DNA from: Nocardiopsaceae bacterium
Lineage (GTDB): Bacteria; Actinomycetota; Actinomycetes; Streptosporangiales; Streptosporangiaceae
DNA length: 58,917 bases
Assembly (NCBI GenBank): GCA_017354375.1
Contig: JAFMRC010000002.1
Span: 1-58,917 of the forward strand
Direction of reading: 5' to 3'
The notes under the pieces were generated by a model. It saw nothing but the letters and a program-made list of their open reading frames with translations, had not been told where the DNA came from and searched no databases. Each line of letters begins with the position of its first letter. The first letter of the stretch is position 1. Shown here in pieces: positions 28,267-37,814 of this stretch. Made by a program: the position numbers and the translations under genes.

Positions 28267-28610
28267 AGGGCAAGCTCCTGGTCGGCGAGCGACCGCCGGT
28301 CGGTCTCTCAGATGGCTAGCGCATCCGCCCTGCCCCCTACAATAATATCCTATTATTACGACTGTTTTTCTTTGTATGCGGAGCGGTTGAAATACAGTCC
28401 CTTGAATCGTTCCAATCCAACCGTTTGCTGTACAAAGCCATCCGGTCTTCCTGAGAGCAGTCTCACACGGTACGGAATGCGTTGATTATCACCTTTGTCC
28501 CACGTCCTGACCCGGCGACGCGGCGACGCGGCGACGCGGCGATGAGTTCCGGGGGCGGCGGGCGTCCTACCTGGTACAGGCTCAGCTCACCAACCAGGAG
28601 GCGACCACCA

Positions 28611-29087
28611 ATGGCCGACGAGAACATCAGCGCGACCACGATCATCAACGCTCCGGCCGAGGCCGCCTTCGCGGTCCTCGCCGATCCCTCCAGTCACGCC
28701 GCGATCGACGGAACCGGCTGGGTCCGCGAACCCGTCGACCGCCAGCCGCTGACCGAGGCGGGACAGGTCTTCCGGATGGCGATGTACCACCCCGAGCACC
28801 CGGACGGGAACTACGAGATCGCCAACCAGATCCTGGTATTCGACCCGCCCCGCGCCATCTCCTGGAAACCGGGCTATGACACCGGCGACGGCACCCTCGG
28901 CTTCGGCGGCTGGACCTGGCGCTACGACCTGGCCCCGACCGGGCCCGCCGGGACCGAGGTCACGCTCACCTACGACTGGTCGGCGGCCCCGGCCCCCGTC
29001 CGCGAGCGCTTCCAGTTCCCCGCCGCGCTTCCCCCGGGCCACCTGGACAATTCCCTCGCCCACCTCGCCACCCTGGTCACCGGCTGA
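28611..29087 (+). CDS. SRPBCC/polyketide cyclase-like protein
   Basis: INAPAEAAFAVLADPSSHAAIDGTG, ISWKPG, WTWRYDL, VTLTYDWS; RBS AGGAGG. Confidence 0.85.
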   Translation: MADENISATTIINAPAEAAFAVLADPSSHAAIDGTGWVREPVDRQPLTEAGQVFRMAMYHPEHPDGNYEIANQILVFDPPRAISWKPGYDTGDGTLGFGGWTWRYDLAPTGPAGTEVTLTYDWSAAPAPVRERFQFPAALPPGHLDNSLAHLATLVTG

Positions 29088-29727
29088 CGGGGACCGGCGT
29101 GATCGTGCGGTCGCAGTTTCCCTTGCTCCGCTTCACGAGTTCACCGTTGGGGCGGTCGCTCGACGCTACCCACTCCCTGGCCGCGTCCGCTGACCGCCCC
29201 CCGGCCATCTGCCGGGCCACCAGCCGTTGCTCCCTCAGCCAATCCGCCGCGTCGACGTACCACAGGTGGTCGATGAAACGCCGCGCCTCCCGCCACCACG
29301 GGTCGTCCAGCGCGAGGTAATTCCCCTCGGTGACGACCAGCCGGGCATCCGCGGGAACGATCAGCCCCGCGGCGATGGGCTCGTGCAGGGAACGGTCGTA
29401 GGCGGGAACGTAGATGTCATCACCCGAGTCGGCCGCCAGCCGGGAAAGCATGGCGACGTAGCCTCCGACGTCGAACGTGCCCGGTGCGCCCTTGCGGTTC
29501 TCCAGCCCGAGCCGCTTCAGCTGCGCGTTGGACAGGTGGTAGCCGTCCATCGGGAAATAGGCGGCCCAGGCCTGGCCCATACACGCGCGGGCGCAGGTCA
29601 CGATGAATTCGGCCAGCGTGGACTTCCCCGCGCCCGGAGGCCCGGCCAGTCCCAGGACGACCCTGCGTCCCCCGGCCGACTTCACGGCATCCACGGCTTC
29701 CCGCGCGGCAGCGTTCGAGTCCGTCAA
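29077..29727 (-). CDS. Nucleoside/nucleotide kinase family P-loop protein (FrcK/YggC-like)
   Basis: GPPGAGKST, PMDGYH, RKGAPGTFD, VTEGNYL. Confidence 0.88.
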   Translation of the reverse strand: MTDSNAAAREAVDAVKSAGGRRVVLGLAGPPGAGKSTLAEFIVTCARACMGQAWAAYFPMDGYHLSNAQLKRLGLENRKGAPGTFDVGGYVAMLSRLAADSGDDIYVPAYDRSLHEPIAAGLIVPADARLVVTEGNYLALDDPWWREARRFIDHLWYVDAADWLREQRLVARQMAGGRSADAAREWVASSDRPNGELVKRSKGNCDRTITPVPVSR

Positions 29728-29749
29728 CCGGCCGTCACCTTCCGTCCGG

Positions 29750-30733
29750 TTAGTCGGTCATGCCGCTCTGGGTTTCCGTGCGGTCGGTGGCGGGCGGCGG
29801 GGTGGGCGACAGCGCCGAGATCTCCTCCCGCAGTTCCGGGGTCATGTCGACCTTCAGCGCGTCGAGGGAGTCCTCAAGCTGGGTCAGGTTGCGGGCGCCG
29901 ATGATCGGGGCGGTGATCGCCGGGTGCGCCATCGTCCAGGCAACGGCGAGGGTGGCGGGCTTGACGTCGCGGGCGGCGGCGAACGCGGTGAACCGGTCGG
30001 CCGTCTCGTAGTCGCTGTCCAGGCTGTACCGGGCGATGTAGCGCTGGTGCTCGACGATGCGCCCGGTTTCCGGGCGCTTGCCGGTGCCGTACTTCCCGGT
30101 GAGCAGGCCGCCGCCCAGGGGGCTGTAGGAAATGACGCCCAGGTTCTCGGCGCGGGCGAGCGGAAGGATCTCGACCTCCGCCTGCCGCCGCACCAGGTTG
30201 TACATCGGCTGGACGAGCGCGAACCGGGCCAGGTGCTCGCGGGCGGAGATGCCGAGCGCCGTGGCGATCTGCCACGCCGCCCAGTTGCTCACCGCCGGGT
30301 AGAGGATCTTGCCCTGGCGCCGCAGGTAGTCCAACGCCCCGAGGGTCTCCTCGATCGGCGTGTCGTTGTCGAAGGCATGCACGAAGTAGAAGTCGAGCCG
30401 GTCCGTGCCGATGCGTTGCAGGCTCGCCTCGACGGCCCGGGTGAGGTGCCGGCGGGACAGCCCCCGCGCGTTGGTGTCCGCGCCGACCGGGAAGTAGGCC
30501 TTCGAGGTGATGACTACGTCGTCCCGGCTGCCGGCGATGAGGCGGCCGAGGATCCGTTCGGCTTCGCCGTCGTTGTAGATGTTGGCGCAGTCGAAGAAGT
30601 TGATCCCGGCGTCGCGGACCCGGCGGAACATCTGGCCCGACATGTCCTCGTCGGCATCCCCGCCGAACGACATCGTCCCGAAGCACAGCGGCGATACCCG
30701 CACCCCAGTGGATCCCACGGTCACATAGCTCAT
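29750..30733 (-). CDS. Aldo/keto reductase
   Basis: VSPLCFGTMSFG, FFDCANIY, SYSPLGGGLLTGKY, PIIGAR. Confidence 0.93.
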   Translation of the reverse strand: MSYVTVGSTGVRVSPLCFGTMSFGGDADEDMSGQMFRRVRDAGINFFDCANIYNDGEAERILGRLIAGSRDDVVITSKAYFPVGADTNARGLSRRHLTRAVEASLQRIGTDRLDFYFVHAFDNDTPIEETLGALDYLRRQGKILYPAVSNWAAWQIATALGISAREHLARFALVQPMYNLVRRQAEVEILPLARAENLGVISYSPLGGGLLTGKYGTGKRPETGRIVEHQRYIARYSLDSDYETADRFTAFAAARDVKPATLAVAWTMAHPAITAPIIGARNLTQLEDSLDALKVDMTPELREEISALSPTPPPATDRTETQSGMTD

Positions 30734-30858
30734 GGACCCATCTTGTCAGGGAGGTTCTTGCCGGGAAGGCGCCGGGTGCTGCCATTTCCGCCGGTACCTG
30801 GCGACCGCGAGGTAGCCGTGGCTTGCATGGTTCACGCCCTCGACGCGATCTTCGCCAT

Positions 30859-31833
30859 TCAGAGGTGCTCCAGGAAGTCGTCCTCGGCCATGACTTCGAT
30901 CTCCTGTCCCGCCCTTCGCAACTCGACGGCGCGGTTGGCCTTTCTGGAGAGAACGGCTCCCGGCGCGAGCGTGTTGGGGTTCAGGTCGCCCACGACCAGG
31001 ATGTTGGTCCTCTTGGTCACGTCCCGTTCCGGGATGCCGCCGACTTCGCTGACGTCGTTCCACGCTTCCTGGCGCCCCCTGGACTGCAGCGCCCCGGTAA
31101 AAACGACCACCTTCCCGTAGAACGGATGCTCCGGGTCGGCGTCGGGGTTCGCGCCAGGCGCGGTCAGCGGCTGCCGCCCGGCGGCACCAGAAGCGCGGGC
31201 CTTCGGGGATGCGGTTCCGAGAGCGGGCCTCTTCGCGCATCGGACATAGCGGCCTGGTTCCAGTGACCCCAGGCGCACCTCAAGGGATTCTGCCAGCGCA
31301 TCCAGGCTGTCCGTGCCCTGGCGTTGGGCCAGTGCGACCGCGACCAGCGCCGCGCCGCGAGCATTGATGAGCGGCCGGTGCCGACCGTCCAGCGTTACGC
31401 CGCAGGCGTCGGCGACGAATGGCATCCGGTAAAACGGCAGTTCAAGCGCCCGCCGGGCCAGCGTCAGGGTGCACAGGAAGCGGAGCCGCGGCCACTGCAT
31501 GCCTTCAGCGTCCCATGCAGCCCGCATCATCCGGATATCCCAGTCGGTGCCGTGCGACACCAGCATGTCCGTCCCGGCGTATGAAGCGATCCACTCGGCT
31601 ACCTCGGGCCATGCCGGCGCGTTTGCCGCGATGCCGGCGGTGACACCGTGATACTCCGACAGTCGCTCGTCGAACTGATCAAGCCCCTGCGGTGGCCGCA
31701 CCGGGCCGCCTCTCTTGTCGACGATCTCTCCGTTCCGGACCCGGACCAGTCCTATCCCGCACACTGAGCCCGGCAGCTTATGGTTGGCCGTCGCCACGTC
31801 GAGCGCCGTGAAGTCGAGCACTCCCCTGATCAC
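30859..31833 (-). CDS. DEDDh exonuclease-like (Pol III epsilon-like) domain plus C-terminal BRCT; catalytic residues degenerate
   Basis: FTALDVATAN...SVCGIGLV, CTLTLARR, FYGKVVVFTGAL...VTKRTNILVVG...K...A BRCT. Confidence 0.85.
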   Translation of the reverse strand: MIRGVLDFTALDVATANHKLPGSVCGIGLVRVRNGEIVDKRGGPVRPPQGLDQFDERLSEYHGVTAGIAANAPAWPEVAEWIASYAGTDMLVSHGTDWDIRMMRAAWDAEGMQWPRLRFLCTLTLARRALELPFYRMPFVADACGVTLDGRHRPLINARGAALVAVALAQRQGTDSLDALAESLEVRLGSLEPGRYVRCAKRPALGTASPKARASGAAGRQPLTAPGANPDADPEHPFYGKVVVFTGALQSRGRQEAWNDVSEVGGIPERDVTKRTNILVVGDLNPNTLAPGAVLSRKANRAVELRRAGQEIEVMAEDDFLEHL

Positions 31834-31995
31834 CTTTCGTACTCGAATCGGAGCTAATCGCGTTATATCAGCTGCCGATACGGGCAGGACGACATCCCGC
31901 CACTAGAGGATTCGTACGCACATCGTTAACATTAGTGACCGTTGGGTAGCTTCAACGGCTGGCGACAGGGGGCCTGCGGTGCCACGTCCCGCGAG

Positions 31996-32205
31996 ATGAA
32001 GGGACTTGAGTTCCAGGCGGTAGCCGTGTTCGGGGTATCGGAGGGCGGCGTGCCTCCGGCTGCCGTGGTCACTCCCGCGAAGACGGATCCGGTCGCGCAC
32101 GCGCAGGACCTCCAGCGGGAGCGGTGCCCCGCTGTTCGTTGCTTGCACGCGGGACCCCCGAGATCATCTGTACGTGTTGTACAGCGGGGCGTCGAGCCCG
32201 TTTCG
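31996..32205 (+). pseudogene. C-terminal fragment of a UvrD-like helicase
   Basis: MKGLEFQAVAV...DLQRERC, then LFVACTR and DHLYV..SG..SPF in shifted frames (motifs V/VI); boundaries approximate. Confidence 0.7.
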
Positions 32206-32262
32206 CTCGATTCTACAGAGCTGATTTCATACTTCTACGAACTGAAGAATATAATTCATTTT

Positions 32263-32853
32263 GTGGAAAGAAGGCCAGCGCCATCGCTCCTGCCCGTCCT
32301 GCGCTCCCAGCAGCAGGGAGAGATCCTCGCGCTGCTGCTGGGCGATCCGGACCTCGAACTCAGCCTTACAGAGATCTCCGAGCGAACAGGCGCCCCAGGC
32401 CCGTCTGTCTTCCGGGAGATTGAGCGGGCCGAGCAGGCAGGACTGCTCGCGACTCGTAGGGTGGGCCGCACGCGGCTGGCCCGTGCCAATACCGCAAGCC
32501 CGTACTATGCCGGGCTAGCAGAGGTGTTGACCCGGGCTTTCGGCGTGCCAGCCGTGCTCGCTGATGCTCTCGAAGACGTCACCGGGATTTCTGCAGCCTA
32601 CATCTATGGATCCTGGGCTGCCCGGCATGCAGGACAGCCCGGACAGCGGCCCGTCGGCGACATTGATGTGCTCGTGCTCGGCGACCCCGAGCGAGATCAG
32701 CTTTACGAGGCGCTCGACAGCGCCGAGCAGCAGCTAGGCAGGTCCGTCGAGGCGACGATCCGCAACGCGGACTGGCTGGAAACAGGAACCGGCGCGTTCC
32801 ACGACACCGTGGCCAAGCGCCCCCTGCTCATGCTCGACCTGCCGCGCCGGTAA
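32263..32853 (+). CDS. HTH plus minimal nucleotidyltransferase (MNT) protein, antitoxin-like
   Basis: LSLTEISERTG..VFREIERAEQAGLL winged helix; YIYGSWAAR...GDIDVLVLG NTase motif. Confidence 0.85.
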   Translation: MERRPAPSLLPVLRSQQQGEILALLLGDPDLELSLTEISERTGAPGPSVFREIERAEQAGLLATRRVGRTRLARANTASPYYAGLAEVLTRAFGVPAVLADALEDVTGISAAYIYGSWAARHAGQPGQRPVGDIDVLVLGDPERDQLYEALDSAEQQLGRSVEATIRNADWLETGTGAFHDTVAKRPLLMLDLPRR

Positions 32854-33163
32854 CGAACCGGCCGGGCGGCGACTCCTCCAGCAGCGTTCTCACCCCGGAC
32901 ACGGCATCCGTCGCCTTGCCGATCGCCCACGACGTGTCTGCCTCAGTGATCGGCACCGCCCTGGGGTCAAAGTACTGTGCCGAGTGCCGGGTGCGCCGGA
33001 ACCTCTCCGCAGGAGCCGCAGCTGCGGTTGTACCGACGCGCAGCGACGCCCGCTTGAGCAGAGCCTCCGACTGCGACGCAAGATCCTCCGCCTCGATGTT
33101 CTCCAAGCGCCCCCTGCCGATGAGGTATTGAACGGTCCGCTCACCCTTTTGCCAGCGAGCCAT
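32828..33163 (-). pseudogene. HEPN-domain toxin-like gene with an apparent internal in-frame deletion
   Basis: MARWQKGERTVQYLI..GRLE N-terminus joined almost directly to ERFRRTRHSAQY (HEPN-like motif); central helices appear missing; RBS GGGGGAG. Confidence 0.6.
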
Positions 33164-33316
33164 GGCCACTCCCCCCTGCCCCGATGAAGCGCCATCCCCC
33201 AGCGCCCGATTAATCGCTAATAACGGAAAGTAAGGATACCGAGCCAAGTCGTACTCGACAGGGGATTACACCAATCGTGTCAGGAAGGCCAAGGCGTCGT
33301 CGCGAGTTGAAGGTTG

Positions 33317-33870
33317 TCAAGAAACATAGGCCGCGATCTTCTCCGATAGTCCGCTTATCTCGGCGAGGAGCAGGGCTGGAGGCTGTGACAGGTCCAGGGA
33401 GTGGCAGACGATCTCCACGCCCGAGCCGCGGACCACGTGGTGGGCCGGGGTCTCGTTGCCCGCGGCGTAGATGAGGTGCCCGGTAGGCAAGCCCAGGACC
33501 GTGCAGTAGGCCAGGAGCTGGTACAGGTCCGCGTTCGGGTAGCCGGACGGCTTTTCCGCCTTGTACTTGGCGTCGGCCACGGCGACGACGGAACCGCGCA
33601 CGCGCCACACGATGTCGGGGCAAAGCGGCACCCAGCACGCCGGCCCGGACCGGCGTGACGTCGCCGAACTCCCGCAGCAGCCGCCGGAGCATCCGCGCCG
33701 ACTCCTCGTCCACCCGCGGCACCTTCAGCATCCGTTCCATCGCCGTTCGCAGGATCCGGTTTTCCGGGATGTCCACCGTGAACTCGTCGTGCCGGACCTC
33801 CAGCGGCAATGGCAGGCCGTGGTGCCGCGACAGTTGCGCCGCCTCCAGCAGCCGGCCGCGCAGCACCGGC
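33317..33870 (-). pseudogene. mcrC: McrC-family restriction nuclease remnant
   Basis: LRGRL...LEVRHDEFTVDIPENRILR, then after a deletion/frameshift PDIVW...VADAKYK...ADLYQLLAYC; 5' part and mcrB absent. Confidence 0.85.
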
Positions 33871-34018
33871 GAGCTCTATTTCCTGGGACGTCGCGAGTTA
33901 CTATAGTTGTCGTCTACTGTCGAGCAGAGATGAGCTGACAGCATCACGGTTCCGGACAAGCGGGGCTGCCGTTACTACACTCATGAGGAGGCTGCTGGTG
34001 ATCGCACGGAGGTACGAC

Positions 34019-34372
34019 ATGGCTGGACAGGCAACGGGGCGGGAAGAGCCCTTGATTCCGCGCCCAGGCCTTACGCTGCCCGAGATCCGGGAAGCGGTAG
34101 CCACGGTCGCACCTGGGCGCCTGCCCGAGATGTTCACCAAGATGCAGGACGCCTTCACCAGGGCTGGCGAGCAGAACAGCGTCATTCCGATCAACATGTT
34201 CTACCGGGAATGGGCGGTCATCGTGGAGATCGAGCGCCACCCCGGCACCGCGCGGCGGCTTCACGACGCCGAGCAAGCCCTCACAAGCGACGACCCCGCC
34301 GTCCGCGAGTCCGCCATCGCCGCGGCGGGCGACATCGTCCGCGCCGCCCACCAGGCAGTAACCCCGGAGTAG
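34019..34372 (+). CDS. Small helical protein, DUF6247-like putative antitoxin
   Basis: RBS GGAGG; PLIPRPGLTLPEIREAV...FYREWAVIVEIERHP; tightly coupled to the next gene. Confidence 0.65.
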   Translation: MAGQATGREEPLIPRPGLTLPEIREAVATVAPGRLPEMFTKMQDAFTRAGEQNSVIPINMFYREWAVIVEIERHPGTARRLHDAEQALTSDDPAVRESAIAAAGDIVRAAHQAVTPE

Positions 34373-34375
34373 CCG

Positions 34376-34627
34376 GTGAGCGAGTGGCACTGGGAAATCC
34401 ACCCCGGCGACCTCCTCGACGGACTCCCCCCAGAAGCCCTTAAGGAATTTGACCGCCTCGCGCATGAAATCACCGTGCGCGATTCCATGATTTACCTGGA
34501 CGGGAAGAACTTCGCGGGTGATACTCCCGGTCTCCGGACGGAGACAAGGGGCATGCTTATGGTGTACTACCTGACGGATGTCCGCGGCGAGAAGGTCGTC
34601 TTCCTGCAAGTGTCCTGGTTCGGGTAG
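34376..34627 (+). CDS. 83-aa protein, putative RelE/ParE-like toxin
   Basis: WEI..LLDGLPPEA N-terminus and MVYYL...KVVFLQVSW beta-rich C-terminus. Confidence 0.6.
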   Translation: MSEWHWEIHPGDLLDGLPPEALKEFDRLAHEITVRDSMIYLDGKNFAGDTPGLRTETRGMLMVYYLTDVRGEKVVFLQVSWFG

Positions 34628-34702
34628 ATCCAGCGCCCGGTGAGATTACGGGCACTACCCGGCGCTGCCAGTGCGTACGAACTAGACACAACGGAGTTGA
34701 GC

Positions 34703-35362
34703 ATGCATCGCCTGCCGGTACGGGTGGAGGACATTGCCCTGCTCGGCGTCAGGGTTGCCGCGTACGTGGTCACCGACTGGGCGGAGCATCGGCGCCGGGA
34801 GGCGGCGGGAATAACTGCGGTGACCGATCCCGCCCTGCTCGACCGATTACTCGATCTGCCGATCGATGTTCCCGTGAGGGATGCGGTGATCTGGGCCGAG
34901 ATGGCGGGCCAGGCCCCCGCCATCGTCGAGCGCGCCGGAGACGGCGCTAGTGTCACGCGGCTGCTAAGGTCGCCGCTTGCGACTGAAGACGTGACCATCA
35001 GCGCCGCTGTCGGCCGGGAACTGGCCGCGGTCCAGGACGTGAGCCTGTTCGCTGGCTTCACGCGCCGGTGGATGGTGGCGTCGTGCGATCAGCTGCCGGA
35101 CGTGGTGCAGTTGGAGGCCAAGCTCTGCGGGGTCGGCGTCCTAGGACCGGAAGGAAAGGTAGTCTTGCCAGCCGCCCCTCCTGCCTCTGTACTCATCGAC
35201 AAGTGGTCGTGGCTCTGGAGGAGAAGATCTACCACGGCGGCCGGATCACTGCATGGGAGGGTGGGTCTTCTTGGCCCACGAGGGAGTCACGGCGGACGGT
35301 ACGAGCAGCGACTCTCCGTTCGGTACCTGGATTGTCCGGCCGGGGGCCGGTCGCCTGGATGA
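34703..35362 (+). CDS. Hypothetical protein; probable frameshift near 35215
   Basis: Plausible coding region after a GGAG RBS; composition changes after WSWL and LEEKIY continues in another frame. Confidence 0.5.
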   Translation: MHRLPVRVEDIALLGVRVAAYVVTDWAEHRRREAAGITAVTDPALLDRLLDLPIDVPVRDAVIWAEMAGQAPAIVERAGDGASVTRLLRSPLATEDVTISAAVGRELAAVQDVSLFAGFTRRWMVASCDQLPDVVQLEAKLCGVGVLGPEGKVVLPAAPPASVLIDKWSWLWRRRSTTAAGSLHGRVGLLGPRGSHGGRYEQRLSVRYLDCPAGGRSPG

Positions 35363-35510
35363 CCTCGCGCGCGCAGGACGGAGTGGTGCCATGGTCTCGG
35401 CCGCCGGTTTCCGGCAAGACGGCCATCACCGTATTTCCCGGAATCGTGTAATTCGTTCCGCTACCGTGGCCTGGCAGAAGGGCAACTGACCAGCGCGGAA
35501 CGGGGAGTAC

Positions 35511-37574
35511 GTGAGCGAGACCGCGGTCGCCGAACCGGCCGAACTGTCCAGCCCGGGCGGCGGGGCGGAGCTGTCCCGGACCCAGATGAACGTGGTGTTC
35601 GGCACGATCATGCTCGGCATGCTGCTGTCGTCGCTGGACCAGACGATCGTCTCCACGGCCCTGCCGACGATCGTCGGCGACCTGGGTGGCGCCGGGCACG
35701 TGAGCTGGGTCGTCACGGCCTACATGCTGGCCCAGACCGTCTCCACCGTGCTGGCCGGGAAGTTCGGCGACATCTTCGGCCGCAAGCGGGTCTTCCAGAT
35801 CGGCGTCGCGGTCTTCATCGTCGGGTCGTTCTGCTGCGGCCTGGCCAGCAGCCTGGTGATGCTGATCGCGTTCCGCGCGGTGCAGGGGCTGGGCGGCGGC
35901 GCGCTCACCGTTACCTCGACCGCGCTGATCGCCGATGTCATACCGCTGCGGCTTCGCGGGACCTACCAGGGCGTGATGGGCGCCGTGTTCGGGGTGACGA
36001 CTGTCATCGGGCCGCTGCTCGGCGGGGTCTTCACCGACGACCTGTCGTGGCGGTGGGTGTTCTACATCAACGTGCCCATCGCGATCATCGTCATCGCGCT
36101 GGCCGCGCGGACCATCCCGCAGGTGGTCAGCGGCACCAAGCCGAGGATCGACTACCTGGGCTGCCTGTTCATCGCGCTCGGCGCCACCGGGCTCACCCTG
36201 GCCACGTCCTGGGGCGGCACCCAGTACGCGTGGGGGTCGGCCACCATCATCGGCCTGTTCGCCGCGTCGGCCGCGACGCTGGTGATCTTCGTGTTCGTGG
36301 AGCTGCGCGCGCCCGAGCCCATCCTCCCGATGCGGCTGTTCCGCAGCCGCGTGTTCAGCGTGTGCTCGGTACTGAGCTTCATCGTCGGCTTCGCCATGAT
36401 CGGGTCGATCACGTTCCTGCCGACGCTCCTGCAGTACGTGAACGGCGTGTCCGCGACCTCCTCCGGCCTGCGCATGCTGCCCATGGTCATCGGCCTGCTG
36501 GCCACCGCGATGGCCAGCGGCACCGTGGTCGGCAAGACCGGCCGGTACAAGATCTTCCCGATCGCGGGGTCCGCGGTCACCGCGGCCGGCCTGTACCTGA
36601 TCTCCCGGATGGGCGCGGGCACCGGCTTCTGGATCGAGTCGCTGTGCCTGCTGGTCCTCGGCGCGGGCATCGGCCTGATCATGCAGATCCTCACCCTGGT
36701 CGTGCAGAACACCGTGCCGTATGAGGATCTGGGGACCGCCACCTCGGGCGTCACGTTCTTCCGCACCCTGGGCGGCTCGTTCGGCGCCTCGATCATGGGC
36801 AGCATCTACGCCAACCAGCTGGCCGGGAACCTGGCGGCCGCCCTGGTGAAAGCCCGGATCCCGGCCGCCGCGGTGTCCAGCCCGGCCCTGGTGCACAAGC
36901 TCCCGGCCGCCGCCCGGAACCTGGTCGTCGGCGCGTACTCGGCGTCCCTGCAGCACGTATTCCTGTTCGCCGTGCCCATCGCCGTCGTCGCCCTGCTGCT
37001 GGCCGTCTTCCTGCCCCAGGTCCAGATGCGCGGCGTGACCAGCGCCTCGGGCGTGGGCGACGGGTTCGCCATGCCGGAGGGCACCGACAACGAGCAGCAG
37101 CTGGCCAACATCGTCGGCCAGATCCTTCGCCGCGACGACGCCCCGCGCCTGCCCGGGATCCTGGCCCGCTCCGGGTCGGGCCTGGACGTCGCGACCGCCT
37201 GGGGCGTCATCGGCGTGTTCATCCACGAGCGGGTGTCCGGCGGGCCGCTGCCCGAGGCGTCGGTAGAGGCCCGGGTCGGCGTTCCCTCCGGTGTCCTGAC
37301 CCCGTTCTACGCCGGGGTCGCCGAGGCCGGCTACCTGACCCGGGACGCCGACGGCCTGCTCGCGCTGACCGACCGGGGCCGGGCCGAGGCCGAGGTGCTC
37401 GCCGCCACCTGGAAGGCGTGGCTGATGGGCGAGCTGCACGACTGGCTGGCCGAGCACCACGTGACGCCGGAGCAGGAGACCCGGGTCCAGGCGGCCATCG
37501 GCCGCATCGCCCTGCGCCTGGTCCGCGAGGCCGCTTCGGAGCCCAGGCACGAGGCCATCGCCGCCGCGGCCTAG
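35511..37574 (+). CDS. MFS drug:H+ antiporter (DHA2/EmrB) with a C-terminal MarR-like winged helix
   Basis: LDQTIVSTALPTI, GDIFGRKR, FRAVQGLGGG, WRWVFYINVP; C-terminal LALTDRGR. Confidence 0.92.
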   Translation: MSETAVAEPAELSSPGGGAELSRTQMNVVFGTIMLGMLLSSLDQTIVSTALPTIVGDLGGAGHVSWVVTAYMLAQTVSTVLAGKFGDIFGRKRVFQIGVAVFIVGSFCCGLASSLVMLIAFRAVQGLGGGALTVTSTALIADVIPLRLRGTYQGVMGAVFGVTTVIGPLLGGVFTDDLSWRWVFYINVPIAIIVIALAARTIPQVVSGTKPRIDYLGCLFIALGATGLTLATSWGGTQYAWGSATIIGLFAASAATLVIFVFVELRAPEPILPMRLFRSRVFSVCSVLSFIVGFAMIGSITFLPTLLQYVNGVSATSSGLRMLPMVIGLLATAMASGTVVGKTGRYKIFPIAGSAVTAAGLYLISRMGAGTGFWIESLCLLVLGAGIGLIMQILTLVVQNTVPYEDLGTATSGVTFFRTLGGSFGASIMGSIYANQLAGNLAAALVKARIPAAAVSSPALVHKLPAAARNLVVGAYSASLQHVFLFAVPIAVVALLLAVFLPQVQMRGVTSASGVGDGFAMPEGTDNEQQLANIVGQILRRDDAPRLPGILARSGSGLDVATAWGVIGVFIHERVSGGPLPEASVEARVGVPSGVLTPFYAGVAEAGYLTRDADGLLALTDRGRAEAEVLAATWKAWLMGELHDWLAEHHVTPEQETRVQAAIGRIALRLVREAASEPRHEAIAAAA

Positions 37575-37814
37575 TCCCGAGCTACCAGGTGACGTTCCTG
37601 GAGTCGGTATGCTGCCCCGGGTGGGTTCGAAGAAGCGGAAATCGAGCAAGAAGCCGCGGCAGCGGCCAGGGGTGAGCGGGAACCCGGCGCTGCGGGACGA
37701 TAGGGCCGCGACGGCACCCCGGTTTTCTATCAGAGACGAAGATCCGGTTTTCCCCGGCCTGGACTTCGGACCCGGGGCCTAGAAGGCGGGGAGGGGCTGA
37801 ACGAGCTTCTCCAG

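Noticed and set aside
30552-30561. Exact ATCCGTTCGG core inside the aldo/keto reductase gene
   Set aside because: Encodes the conserved EAERIL peptide; flanks do not match family B.
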